64,000 nucleotides of DNA. Source: Candidatus Multivoradales bacterium (GTDB lineage Bacteria > Acidobacteriota > Thermoanaerobaculia > Multivoradales > Multivoraceae). This document shows positions 49,864 to 59,808 of the stretch, piece after piece. The notes under the pieces are model-generated. The model worked only from the letters and a program-made list of their open reading frames with translations. It was not told where the DNA came from and did no database searches. Position numbers and translations under genes: made by a program. The DNA lies in the NCBI GenBank assembly GCA_965223325.1, contig CBDCWI010000001.1, forward strand, positions 1,600,001 to 1,664,000, written 5' to 3'. Position 1 is the stretch's first letter; the number at the start of each line of letters is the position of its first letter.

Positions 49864-51305
49864 CAGGTGATCTCCCGCGCGTCGGCGATGCGCCCGGCGA
49901 CGGCCGAGGCGGCGGCAGTCAGGGGACTGGCCAGAAAGGTCCGACCACCCGGCCCCTGGCGGCCTTCGAAGTTGCGATTGCTGGTCGAGACGGCGTACTG
50001 CCCTGACACCAGGCGATCGGAGTTCATCGCCAGGCACATCGAGCAGCCCGCATCGCGCCATTCCGCCCCGGCACTCTCGAAGACCTCATGCAGCCCGGCG
50101 GCCTCGGCCCGCCGTTTGACATGTTGCGAACCGGGCACGACCAACATGCGCACTCCGGAGGCCACCTTGCGGCCGTCGAGTACCTTCGCGGCCGCCTCGA
50201 GATCGCCGAAGCGCGAATTCGTACAGCTGCCGACAAAAACCACGTCAATGGCCTTGCCGAGCAGCTTCTGGCCGGGGTCGAGCGCCATGTACTCGAGCGC
50301 CTTGTCGAACGAGGGTCGCGCGATGTCTTCGATGACCGCGGTCTCGGGCACCCGCCCGGTGATCGGAATCGCCATGCCGGGGTTGGTTCCCCAGGTGATC
50401 ATGGGCTCGAGCGCACCAGCGTCGATCTCGAGGAAACGGTCGTAGGAAGCACCTGGATCGGTGGGCAGTGTCTTCCAGTCGGCGACCGCCCGCTCCCACT
50501 CCTCACCCGAAGGTGCGTAGGGCCGGCCGAGAAGCCAGTCGAAAGTCGTTTGATCAGGCGCCACCATGCCGGCGCGCGCGCCCCCTTCGATCGACATGTT
50601 GCACACCGTCATCCGGCCCTCCATGTCGAGCGCTTGGATCGCCTCGCCGGTGTACTCGAAGACATGACCCGTGCCGCCGTCGATGCCGTTCTCGGCGATC
50701 ACCGCCAGGATGATGTCTTTGGCCACAACCCCCGGCTGGCAGGCACCCGAGACGCGCACCTCGAAACTCTTCGGTTTATGTTGGAGGAGGGTCTGCGTTG
50801 CCAGGACGTGGCCCACTTCGCTGGTGCCAATGCCAAAGGCCAGCGCTCCAAAGGCGCCGTGCGTCGAAGTGTGGCTATCACCGCAGACGATGGTCATGCC
50901 GGGCTGCGAGCACCCGAGCTCGGGCCCCATCACATGCACGATGCCCTGATCGTCGCTGCCCAGACCATAGAGGGTAATGCCGAAGCGGGCGCAGTTCTCT
51001 TCGAGCCGATCGAGCTGGGTGGCGGCGACCTCATCGAGCACCCGCAGCTGCTTGCGGGTGATCTGCGGATCGGTCGGCGTCGAATGATCCATCGTCGCCA
51101 GGGTCTGCCGCGGGCGACGAACGGGGAGCCCTCGACGTTCGAGCTCGGAGAACGCTTGCGGCGAGGTCACCTCATGGATGAGGTGCAGGTCGATGTAGAG
51201 CACGGCTGGCATTCCCGCCGACCCGGCCCGGCCGGGGGTTTCAGGCGGCGCAACGGCAACGTGCCGGTCCCAGACCTTCTCGAACAGCGTGCGGGGATTG
51301 TCCAA
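49863..51305 (-). CDS. leuC: 3-isopropylmalate dehydratase large subunit
   Basis: [41 protein letters not shown]; TTG start with purine-rich RBS. Confidence 0.96.
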   Translation of the reverse strand: MDNPRTLFEKVWDRHVAVAPPETPGRAGSAGMPAVLYIDLHLIHEVTSPQAFSELERRGLPVRRPRQTLATMDHSTPTDPQITRKQLRVLDEVAATQLDRLEENCARFGITLYGLGSDDQGIVHVMGPELGCSQPGMTIVCGDSHTSTHGAFGALAFGIGTSEVGHVLATQTLLQHKPKSFEVRVSGACQPGVVAKDIILAVIAENGIDGGTGHVFEYTGEAIQALDMEGRMTVCNMSIEGGARAGMVAPDQTTFDWLLGRPYAPSGEEWERAVADWKTLPTDPGASYDRFLEIDAGALEPMITWGTNPGMAIPITGRVPETAVIEDIARPSFDKALEYMALDPGQKLLGKAIDVVFVGSCTNSRFGDLEAAAKVLDGRKVASGVRMLVVPGSQHVKRRAEAAGLHEVFESAGAEWRDAGCSMCLAMNSDRLVSGQYAVSTSNRNFEGRQGPGGRTFLASPLTAAASAVAGRIADAREIT

Positions 51306-51447
51306 ACCCTGGTTCCCTTCCTGGCGGGCGATGTTCTCTGAACGCGAGTGAAGCGCCGAGTCTAGCTGCCCGATCCGGTCGGGATGAGACGCCACCACCC
51401 CGGGTTCAGGCCCTCGCCGTCCCGCGACTGACGGATACGATGCCGAC

Positions 51448-52293
51448 ATGAGCGACTTTCGTGTTCTCCTCGAGGGCCTGAGCTTTCCAGAGGGCCCGCG
51501 CTGGCACCAGGGCTGCCTGTGGTTCTCGGATTTCTACCGCCACCAGGTGGTGGCCGTCGACCTCGAAGGCCAGCGTGAAACGATCCTCGAGGTTCCGGGC
51601 CAGCCGTCGGGTCTCGGCTTCGATCCCGACGGCAACCTGCTGGTGGTTTCGATGACCGACCGGCGGCTCCTTCGACATGACCTGGCAAGCCGAGAAACCG
51701 TCGAGGTGGCTGATCTCTCACAGCTCGCCCCCAGTCTCTGCAACGACATGGTCGTCGACGAGCTCGGCCGCGCGTACATCGGGAACTTCGGTTTCGAACG
51801 CCACCGCGGTGAAGAACCGCGGACGACGAACCTGGTGTTGGTCAACGAGCGCGGCGAAGCGCAAGAGGTCGCCGACGATCTCTTCTTTCCCAATGGCACA
51901 GTCATCACTCCGAACGATGAGCTGGTGATCGCCGAAACCTGGCGCGGCTGCCTGACCGCTTTCACTCGCGCCGCCGACGGCACCCTCGACCATCGCAGGG
52001 TCTGGGCCGATCTCGGCGGTACTGTGCCCGACGGCATTTGCCTCGATACGGACGGGGCAATCTGGGTCGCCGACCCGCGCAACAACGAGGTCATCCGCTT
52101 TCGAGAGGGCGGCACCGTCCTCGATCGATTGTCGACCGGCGATCGGGGTGCCTTCGCCTGCATGCTGGGCGGATCCGACCGCCGCACCCTCTTCGTCTGC
52201 ACCTGCTCAGGCTCGGGCCCCGAGATCACGAGCCGTCGCGATGGCCGTATCGAGATCTGCCCGGTCGGAACCCCGGGCGCCGGCCTCCCCTAG
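51448..52293 (+). CDS. SMP-30/gluconolactonase/LRE family protein
   Basis: FPEGPRW, PSGLG, CNDMVVD, FPNG, PDGICLD. Confidence 0.92.
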   Translation: MSDFRVLLEGLSFPEGPRWHQGCLWFSDFYRHQVVAVDLEGQRETILEVPGQPSGLGFDPDGNLLVVSMTDRRLLRHDLASRETVEVADLSQLAPSLCNDMVVDELGRAYIGNFGFERHRGEEPRTTNLVLVNERGEAQEVADDLFFPNGTVITPNDELVIAETWRGCLTAFTRAADGTLDHRRVWADLGGTVPDGICLDTDGAIWVADPRNNEVIRFREGGTVLDRLSTGDRGAFACMLGGSDRRTLFVCTCSGSGPEITSRRDGRIEICPVGTPGAGLP

Positions 52294-52350
52294 GGGCTTG
52301 CTCAAGGTGCGACTTCCACGCGACCCGCCCACTCCGATAGCGTCGGACCT

Positions 52351-53244
<894 letters not shown>

Positions 53245-53591
53245 GCGCGCGTGCGATGCGGACGCCAGGCTCAGAATCCTGGAGGCTCCAGCAAGGTTTC
53301 GGCGCCGTTTTGCGTCTCAGGGTACTGAGAGCCCAATGCAGGGAATCTCAGTACCGGAGACACAAGATGGGTAGATCACGGGGATTCAGAGCACAACGGT
53401 CACCAGCCTGGCGGCGGCGACGGAGCATCACGTCACCCACGACACCTGCCAGCGCCAACGCACCAGCCGACACAGCCGCCAGCATCAGACTGATGAGACA
53501 GTTGACCAGGGCATTGTCCGAGGAGCGCACCCGGCAGGGTGAAACCGCTGCTCAAATCAGAGCCGAACGGCGCCGCCCAAAGTTCCCCGAT

Positions 53592-53810
53592 ATGCCACCG
53601 TTCTATACCGTCACCGCGGTTCACGACGGAGCCGGCCTTACGGTCGAACCCATGAACGACGACCCGCCTGGGCGGTCCTACTTCGTGGGTGTCCCAGAGG
53701 CGGCCGAGATCTACGTCGAGGGGACCATCGTGACGATCCACGACAACGAGGAGGACGTGGACGAGATCGAACGCCTCTTTGCCGGCGGCGCCAGGCACCT
53801 GGTGTCCTAG
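53592..53810 (+). CDS. Small acidic hypothetical protein (72 aa)
   Basis: Host-like codon usage from ATG 53592; the longer upstream ORF portion looks non-coding. Confidence 0.5.
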   Translation: MPPFYTVTAVHDGAGLTVEPMNDDPPGRSYFVGVPEAAEIYVEGTIVTIHDNEEDVDEIERLFAGGARHLVS

Positions 53811-53853
53811 GACGGTTCGGCGGCACAGCGCGCCATCCGGCCAGCTGGCGAAC

Positions 53854-54375
53854 TCAGTCTTTTGGCGGTTCAGCCCGCAGCGGGCGTTGTAACCAGGCGA
53901 CGTCGTGCCAGCTACCGAACTTCCGCCCCACTGCCTTGAACGTGCCGATGGGCTCGAACCCCATTCGGCGATGAAAGGCAACGCTCGCCTCGTTGGGCAG
54001 GGTCACTCCAGCAAACGCGTTGCAGAAGCCTTTTCCGGCGAGTACCTCGAAGAGGTCTTCGTAAAGACGCGCTGCTATACCGCGCCGACGGTAGTCACTG
54101 TGAATGTAGACCGAGGTCTCCACCGACCATTGATACGCGGCGCGGGCCCGGTGCTCCGAGCCATAGGCATAACCAACACACTCGTCGCCATCGGTGGCGA
54201 CCAACCAGGCCCAGCCTTCGAGGCTCTTGGTGATGCGGCGGCGGAACTCTTCCACCGACGGTACGTCGTACTCGAACGAGGTCGTCGACTGCTCGATGTG
54301 GGGTCGATAGATCTCGAGCAGGCTGGCGGCGTCGCCTGGCCGCGCCGTGCGGACCTGGAAACCTGAAGCACTCAC
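53854..54375 (-). CDS. GNAT N-acetyltransferase, phosphinothricin acetyltransferase-like
   Basis: SFEYD.P, GYAY, RAAYQWSVETSVY, RRRGIA, PNEAS..FH..GF, GRKFGSWHD. Confidence 0.92.
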   Translation of the reverse strand: MSASGFQVRTARPGDAASLLEIYRPHIEQSTTSFEYDVPSVEEFRRRITKSLEGWAWLVATDGDECVGYAYGSEHRARAAYQWSVETSVYIHSDYRRRGIAARLYEDLFEVLAGKGFCNAFAGVTLPNEASVAFHRRMGFEPIGTFKAVGRKFGSWHDVAWLQRPLRAEPPKD

Positions 54376-54388
54376 CGCTCGGGCCGGC

Positions 54389-54994
54389 TCAGCAGTTGCG
54401 GTAGCGATCGTTGAGGCCGGCGCCCGACTCGATCATTGGAACGATCTTAGCGATCCGCCGCTCTCGAGTCGCCTCACGCTTGGCTCCGGCAATGTACTCG
54501 GCGTACTCACGCTGCTGGCCGGGCCGGAGGGATTCGAAGGCACGCTTCGTTTTGGCCTTCTTGGCCAGGGCGGCGGTGAGCTCGGCTGGCATGGCGAGTG
54601 CCTTCTTGCGCGCCGGTCTTACTCCCTCTCCAAGCTCGGCCAACGCGTAGGCCTCCTTGACGTAGGCCTTGATCTTTCTCACTGGGATTGGATCGCCCTT
54701 CCGGAAACGCCATTGCCTGAGAGCCTTTGTTTTGCCTTCCTGGGCGTTGATCAGCACGCCGTCGGGATCACTGAGCAGTGCCCCCTGGTGAAACCAGAGG
54801 GCAGCCCACTCTTTGAAACCTCCCAGACCAACCACGTTCTTGCCCTGGTGCGTGTAGCACGGCCCGCCCCATTTGACAGTTTCCTCGAGACCGCTACTGG
54901 TCAGGATCTTGCGCAGTTTGCGCAGTTCTTCAGACCATTGCCCATGGTTGTCGATGTACTCCGCCACGCTCGCCACCTTCTTCATCGCCGCCAT
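54389..54994 (-). CDS. YdeI/OmpD-associated (DUF1801) family protein
   Basis: ETVKWGGPCY, WFHQGALL, F.SL.PG..REY..YI..AKR..TR..RI. Confidence 0.9.
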   Translation of the reverse strand: MAAMKKVASVAEYIDNHGQWSEELRKLRKILTSSGLEETVKWGGPCYTHQGKNVVGLGGFKEWAALWFHQGALLSDPDGVLINAQEGKTKALRQWRFRKGDPIPVRKIKAYVKEAYALAELGEGVRPARKKALAMPAELTAALAKKAKTKRAFESLRPGQQREYAEYIAGAKREATRERRIAKIVPMIESGAGLNDRYRNC

Positions 54995-55005
54995 CGCTTC
55001 TCGCC

Positions 55006-56160
55006 TCACTCGGTTTGGGGCGCCGCCGCCGAGAGGAGCGCCCAGAATTCGTTTTGAAAGCCAGGTGCCGGTTGGTCGCCGAGACGGACCACGACCAGCT
55101 CCATGCTCGGGACGACAAAGAGCTTGCGACCGAGCGCTCCGAGAGCCGCAACCAGGTCGCCCGGCGCCTGTGGAATGAGCGGCCCGTCGATCTTTCTGCC
55201 CTGGCGGAGCAGGCTCTCCTGACCGTTCAGCCACCAGAGCAGCCCGAAGGCGGGATTGAGCTCTTGCGAAGGCGACAGCGACTCGCCCAGCCAGGTCGAC
55301 TCGCCCAACACATCGTGGCCGGCCCAGATTCCGTTCGCCAGGACCAGGAGCCCCAGCCGAGAAAGGTCGCGCGCTGTCGTGGTGAAACCGAGCGAGTTGG
55401 CGTCGACCGCCCTTGTGACCCACGGCCTCGGCTTCCAGCCGCTGTCGTCCATAGCGATGGTGTTGGTGAGCCAGCCCCTAGACAGAGCACCGATGTCTTG
55501 ACCCGTTGCCTTCTCGAGCACTGGCACCAACAAAGAGTAGCTGCTGGTGTTGTACTGCCAGCGCTCGCCAGCGGGAACCTCGAATGCGAGGTCGGTCCCC
55601 AGGCCGGTCGTCATCGACATCAGATGGCGAACTGTAATCGCAGCCTCCCGCTCGGGAGACGCCTTGGACCACCCCACTCCGAGGAACTTGTGAACTGGAT
55701 GGCCGAGGTCGATGAGGCCTTTGCCGCGCGCCATGCCAACCAGGAGTGATACCAGGCTCTTCTGCACCGAGGCGACGTCTTCTTTGGGTCGGCCGTCGAC
55801 CGTTCCAACGACCATGCGACGGTAGCGCGGACTGGTTTTGGCGGGCTCGAAGGTACGCTCCGCCAGAATGCGGCCCTGATAGAGGATCACGACGTCGCTC
55901 GAGGCGTTTTCGCCAGCCAGGTCCAGCGCGGCGTCGAGGCCCTCGGCACTCCACCCCACTGCCGCGGGCGCTACGGTCTCCCATTCGCCTTCGATGGGCG
56001 GAAAGTAGAGGTTCGGATCGGTTTCTGCCTGGGCTGCAAACGAGGAAGCCGGCAAGGGGAGGACCAGAGCCGCGAGGGTCAGGACAAGGCGCGCGATCGC
56101 ACCCCACGAAGACCGCAAGCTCCTCTTCGCCCTGTCAGGGTGGCGTTCGGTTGTCGTCAT
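55006..56160 (-). CDS. Serine hydrolase, beta-lactamase class C-like
   Basis: SVQK (SxxK), HLMSMTTG, YNT; signal peptide. Confidence 0.88.
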   Translation of the reverse strand: MTTTERHPDRAKRSLRSSWGAIARLVLTLAALVLPLPASSFAAQAETDPNLYFPPIEGEWETVAPAAVGWSAEGLDAALDLAGENASSDVVILYQGRILAERTFEPAKTSPRYRRMVVGTVDGRPKEDVASVQKSLVSLLVGMARGKGLIDLGHPVHKFLGVGWSKASPEREAAITVRHLMSMTTGLGTDLAFEVPAGERWQYNTSSYSLLVPVLEKATGQDIGALSRGWLTNTIAMDDSGWKPRPWVTRAVDANSLGFTTTARDLSRLGLLVLANGIWAGHDVLGESTWLGESLSPSQELNPAFGLLWWLNGQESLLRQGRKIDGPLIPQAPGDLVAALGALGRKLFVVPSMELVVVRLGDQPAPGFQNEFWALLSAAAPQTE

Positions 56161-56289
56161 TGGCGAACCCTTTCAAAGAAGGCGAATCCATCATGCCACG
56201 CCGCGCCAATCACCGGCCGTGCCTCGACCTCCGGCGCTGGAGGTGGCGGTACAGTGCAAGGCTCCCCTGACCAAAAAGGAGGCTCGCTC

Positions 56290-57165
56290 ATGCCCTACGC
56301 CTACGATCTCATTCACACCCACCTCGAAGACGGAGTCCTGGTGGCGACCATCGACAACCCGCCGATGAACATCTTTACCGTCGAGCTCTGGCAAGAGATG
56401 GTCGCTTTGACGGAACAGGTCGCGATAGACGACCAGGTGCGGGTACTGGTCGTCGACAGTGCCGACCCCGACTTCTGGATCGCGCACTTCGACGCCCAGG
56501 CCCTGATCGACTGGCCGAAGCCTGCGGGTCCACCAGAGAGCGCTTCGGATGCAGCGAAGAAGGGAGCTGATGAACTCAACGACTTCCACAAGATGTGCGA
56601 GCGAGTGCGCACCATGCCGAAGGCGACGATCGCCAAGCTCGCTGGGCGCGCCGGCGGCGGCGGAGCCGAGTTCGCCGCCTCGTTCGACATGCGGTTCGGA
56701 GCGCTCGGGAAGACCGTCATCAATCAGATGGAAGTGGCGCTCGGGATTCTCCCGGGCGGCAGCGGTACCCAGCGTCTGCCCCGCCTGATCGGGCCGGGCC
56801 GTGCCCTTGAGCTCGTCCTCTCGAGCGACGACCTCGATGCGGAGACTGCAGAACGCTGGGGCTACCTCAACCGCGCCCTACCGGCGGCCGAACTCGACAC
56901 CTTCGTAGACCGCCTCGCACACAGAATCGCGCGCTTCCCCGCTCAGGCGATCGCCAACGCCAAGCGTTCAACCCTGAACGCGCTCGAGATGGATGTCACC
57001 GCCGGTCTGCACGAGGAGGCTCGTCTGTTCCAGCAGTTGTTGTCGAGGCCGGAGTCGCGTGACACCATGCGCGTTTTCATGGAGCGCGGCGGGCAGACTC
57101 GAGAAGGCGAATTGCGCATGGGCGAGCTCTGCGGTTCCATCCCTCAGGCGGCGGGCGATCTCTGA
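56290..57165 (+). CDS. Enoyl-CoA hydratase/isomerase family protein
   Basis: AGGAGG RBS; DNPPMN, AHFD, GGGAE, E..LGILPGGSGTQRL. Confidence 0.9.
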   Translation: MPYAYDLIHTHLEDGVLVATIDNPPMNIFTVELWQEMVALTEQVAIDDQVRVLVVDSADPDFWIAHFDAQALIDWPKPAGPPESASDAAKKGADELNDFHKMCERVRTMPKATIAKLAGRAGGGGAEFAASFDMRFGALGKTVINQMEVALGILPGGSGTQRLPRLIGPGRALELVLSSDDLDAETAERWGYLNRALPAAELDTFVDRLAHRIARFPAQAIANAKRSTLNALEMDVTAGLHEEARLFQQLLSRPESRDTMRVFMERGGQTREGELRMGELCGSIPQAAGDL

Positions 57166-57178
57166 AGAGCGCCGGCCC

Positions 57179-57526
57179 TCACGTTTCGAGTACCTCGGCA
57201 AACGCCAGGCAGTAGCCGTTCGGATCTCTGATCCCGAACTCGCGCGTGCCGTAGCTCATCTCCTGAAGCGGCCATTCAACCGTCACCTGCTCGCGCAGGC
57301 TCTCCCAGAGTTCCACGACGTCCTCGGGATAGAAGTAGAAGGTGCCGGAGAATCCCGGCGTGGCGCCCAGGTTGGCGCCGGTCGAGAGCATCACCGCTGC
57401 GTCGCCATGTTCGAGAGAAGCCGTATCACCCTCTTGCCAGCACAGCCGGAAGCCCAGGAGGTCGCGGTAAAAGCCCAGCGACTCGTCGAGGTCGAGAACG
57501 CGCATGAGAGGGACGACTTCCTTCAT
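57179..57526 (-). CDS. VOC/glyoxalase-bleomycin resistance family protein
   Basis: SLGFYRDLLGF, YGTREFGIRDPNG. Confidence 0.9.
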   Translation of the reverse strand: MKEVVPLMRVLDLDESLGFYRDLLGFRLCWQEGDTASLEHGDAAVMLSTGANLGATPGFSGTFYFYPEDVVELWESLREQVTVEWPLQEMSYGTREFGIRDPNGYCLAFAEVLET

Positions 57527-57540
57527 CGCAGCCTGAGCCC

Positions 57541-58203
57541 CTACGGCTTGCGCCCCACATAGATCGCATAGCGCTGCCCGCGGTTGCGGTGCTCGCGCGC
57601 CGTCACGCAACGGGTATCGAACCCGGCCGTCATCATGGTCTTGACGAACGAACGCTGGATGTCAGCCGCCCAGACCAGGAGGGTGCCACCGGGAGCGAGA
57701 CCGTCGTGGAGGCGCGCTAGACCACGATCGCTGTAGAGACGGTTGTTGTGCTCGAGACAAAACGCCTCGGGACCGTTGTCCGTATCGAGCAAGATGGCAT
57801 CCCAGGGCCCTTTGGGTATCTCGTCCCAGACGTCCCTGACCCTGATCTCGAGCCGCCGATCTTTCTCGCTTCCAGCCGAGAGGTGCGCCAGGTAGGTGTA
57901 GTTCCACCGGACGACACGGGGAAACAGCTCGGCGACTACCAGACGGCTCTTCGCCGGTAGACCAGCGAGGGCCGCGCGCAAAGTGAACCCCAGGCCGAGG
58001 CCGCCGATCAACATCGCGGGCCGCGTGACACCACGCACCGCCTCACAGCCCATCTCGGCAAGTGCGATCTCCGACCCGGTGCGCCGGGTCGACATGAGCT
58101 CCTGCCGGTCGAGGTCAATGAAGAAGTCGGTTCCCCGTTGGACCAGTGCGAGCTCATGGCCCTCGGGAGTCGTGAAGCTGTCGAGGACGGTACGCGGCTG
58201 CAC
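57541..58203 (-). CDS. Spermidine-synthase-like SAM-dependent methyltransferase
   Basis: ELMSTR..SE, IGGLGLGFTL, DAILLDTDNGP. Confidence 0.85.
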   Translation of the reverse strand: MQPRTVLDSFTTPEGHELALVQRGTDFFIDLDRQELMSTRRTGSEIALAEMGCEAVRGVTRPAMLIGGLGLGFTLRAALAGLPAKSRLVVAELFPRVVRWNYTYLAHLSAGSEKDRRLEIRVRDVWDEIPKGPWDAILLDTDNGPEAFCLEHNNRLYSDRGLARLHDGLAPGGTLLVWAADIQRSFVKTMMTAGFDTRCVTAREHRNRGQRYAIYVGRKP

Positions 58204-58213
58204 TCGGGTGCGC

Positions 58214-59533
58214 TCAAGGGCCTTCGAACCTGCGACCCTCTGACATGCCAGTCGAGTGGGTGTCGCCGGTCGCGGCGTAGCGGCGCAACTCGTTGCGCGC
58301 CACGACATGGTGGTGAACCTCGTCCGGCCCGTCGGCAAGCCGCAGGGTGCGCTGGCTCTTGTACATGGCGGCCAGCGGCGTCCACTGCGACACGCCGGTC
58401 GCGCCGTGGATCTGAATCGCCTCGTCGATGATCTGGCAGACACGCTCGGGAACCAGCGCCTTGATCCCACTGACCCAGACCCGCGCCTCGGAGTTGCCGA
58501 GCAGGTCCATCGCCTTGGCAGCGCGCAGCACCATCAGGCGCATGCTTTCGATCTCGAGGCGCATGCGCGACAGCGTCTCCATGTTCTTGCCCAGCGCCAT
58601 GATCTGCTTGCCGAAGGCTTCGCGCGAGGTGCCGCGTTTGATGAACAGGTCGAGCGCCTTCTCGGCCGAGCCGATCGAGCGCATGCAGTGATGGATGCGA
58701 CCCGGGCCGAGACGAAGCTGCGAGATCTCGAAGCCCCGGCCTTCACCGAGCAGGATGTTCTCCTTCGGCACGCGCGCATTGTCGAACTTGATGTGCATGT
58801 GCCCGTGCGGCGCGTCGTCGTCACCGAAGACGTGCATGCCGCCCAGGATCTCGACGCCGGGAGTGTCGATCGGCACCAGGATCTGCGACTGCTGCTGGTG
58901 CGCCGGAGCCTCGGGGTTGGTGCGCACCATGGTGATCATGATCTTGCAGCGTGGGTCGCCGGCACCTGAGATGTAGTACTTCTCGCCGTTGATCACCCAC
59001 TCGTCACCGTCGAGCCGCGCTTCGGTACAGATGTTGCGCGCATCGGAAGAGGCAACATGCGGCTCAGTCATCGCGAAAGCCGAACGGATCTCGCCGTTGA
59101 GAAGCGGCTCGAGCCACTGCTTCTTCTGCTCGGGCGTGCCGACACGCTCGAGCACCTCCATGTTGCCCGTGTCGGGCGCCGAGCAGTTCAAGCACTGTGA
59201 GGCGAGTGGGTTCTTGCCAAGCTCCTGTGCAATGTAGGCGTAGTCGAGGTTGGAGAGACCTTCACCGGTTTCGGCGTCGGGCAAGAAGAAGTTCCACAGA
59301 CCCTGCTTGCGCGCCTTGGCCTTGGCACCATCGAGCAACTCGAGCTGCCCCGGCGCCCAGCTCCATCGATCTGCGCGCCCCTCGCCGAGGCGATAGAACT
59401 CCTCGGTAATCGGGTCGACCTCCATGCGGATGAAGTCCTTGACCTTGGCAAGCAGAGGCCGCGCCTCCTGCGACATACGGAGGTCGAAGAGATCGTGGCT
59501 GGGATCACTGGGATTCATGGTGCGGTCGGACAT
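58214..59533 (-). CDS. Acyl-CoA dehydrogenase
   Basis: NCSAPDTGNME, FAMTEP, RLGPGRIHHCMR, IQIHG, RLADGPDEVH. Confidence 0.95.
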   Translation of the reverse strand: MSDRTMNPSDPSHDLFDLRMSQEARPLLAKVKDFIRMEVDPITEEFYRLGEGRADRWSWAPGQLELLDGAKAKARKQGLWNFFLPDAETGEGLSNLDYAYIAQELGKNPLASQCLNCSAPDTGNMEVLERVGTPEQKKQWLEPLLNGEIRSAFAMTEPHVASSDARNICTEARLDGDEWVINGEKYYISGAGDPRCKIMITMVRTNPEAPAHQQQSQILVPIDTPGVEILGGMHVFGDDDAPHGHMHIKFDNARVPKENILLGEGRGFEISQLRLGPGRIHHCMRSIGSAEKALDLFIKRGTSREAFGKQIMALGKNMETLSRMRLEIESMRLMVLRAAKAMDLLGNSEARVWVSGIKALVPERVCQIIDEAIQIHGATGVSQWTPLAAMYKSQRTLRLADGPDEVHHHVVARNELRRYAATGDTHSTGMSEGRRFEGP

Positions 59534-59808
59534 GGCTGTCTCCTCGCCTCGTCTTGGAGGCCGGTTTCTCTCTGGCTGCTGAGCGATGGCTCGCTTACCC
59601 TCTGCGATCGTCCGACAGAGGTGAGAAAGCTTTGGGGAAGACCACAAAGTAGCACGCCGAACGGCCGGCACAGACGGCCATGACGGGTATCCGCAGGGGT
59701 CGGCCGGCCTGGGCTTGCCCGAGGCTGTCGAACGGCGCGGGTCATGGCCGGGCGCCCCGACCACCTCCCCTGGTCGATCCTCGAGGCGTGTGACAACGTA
59801 ACCAGACC

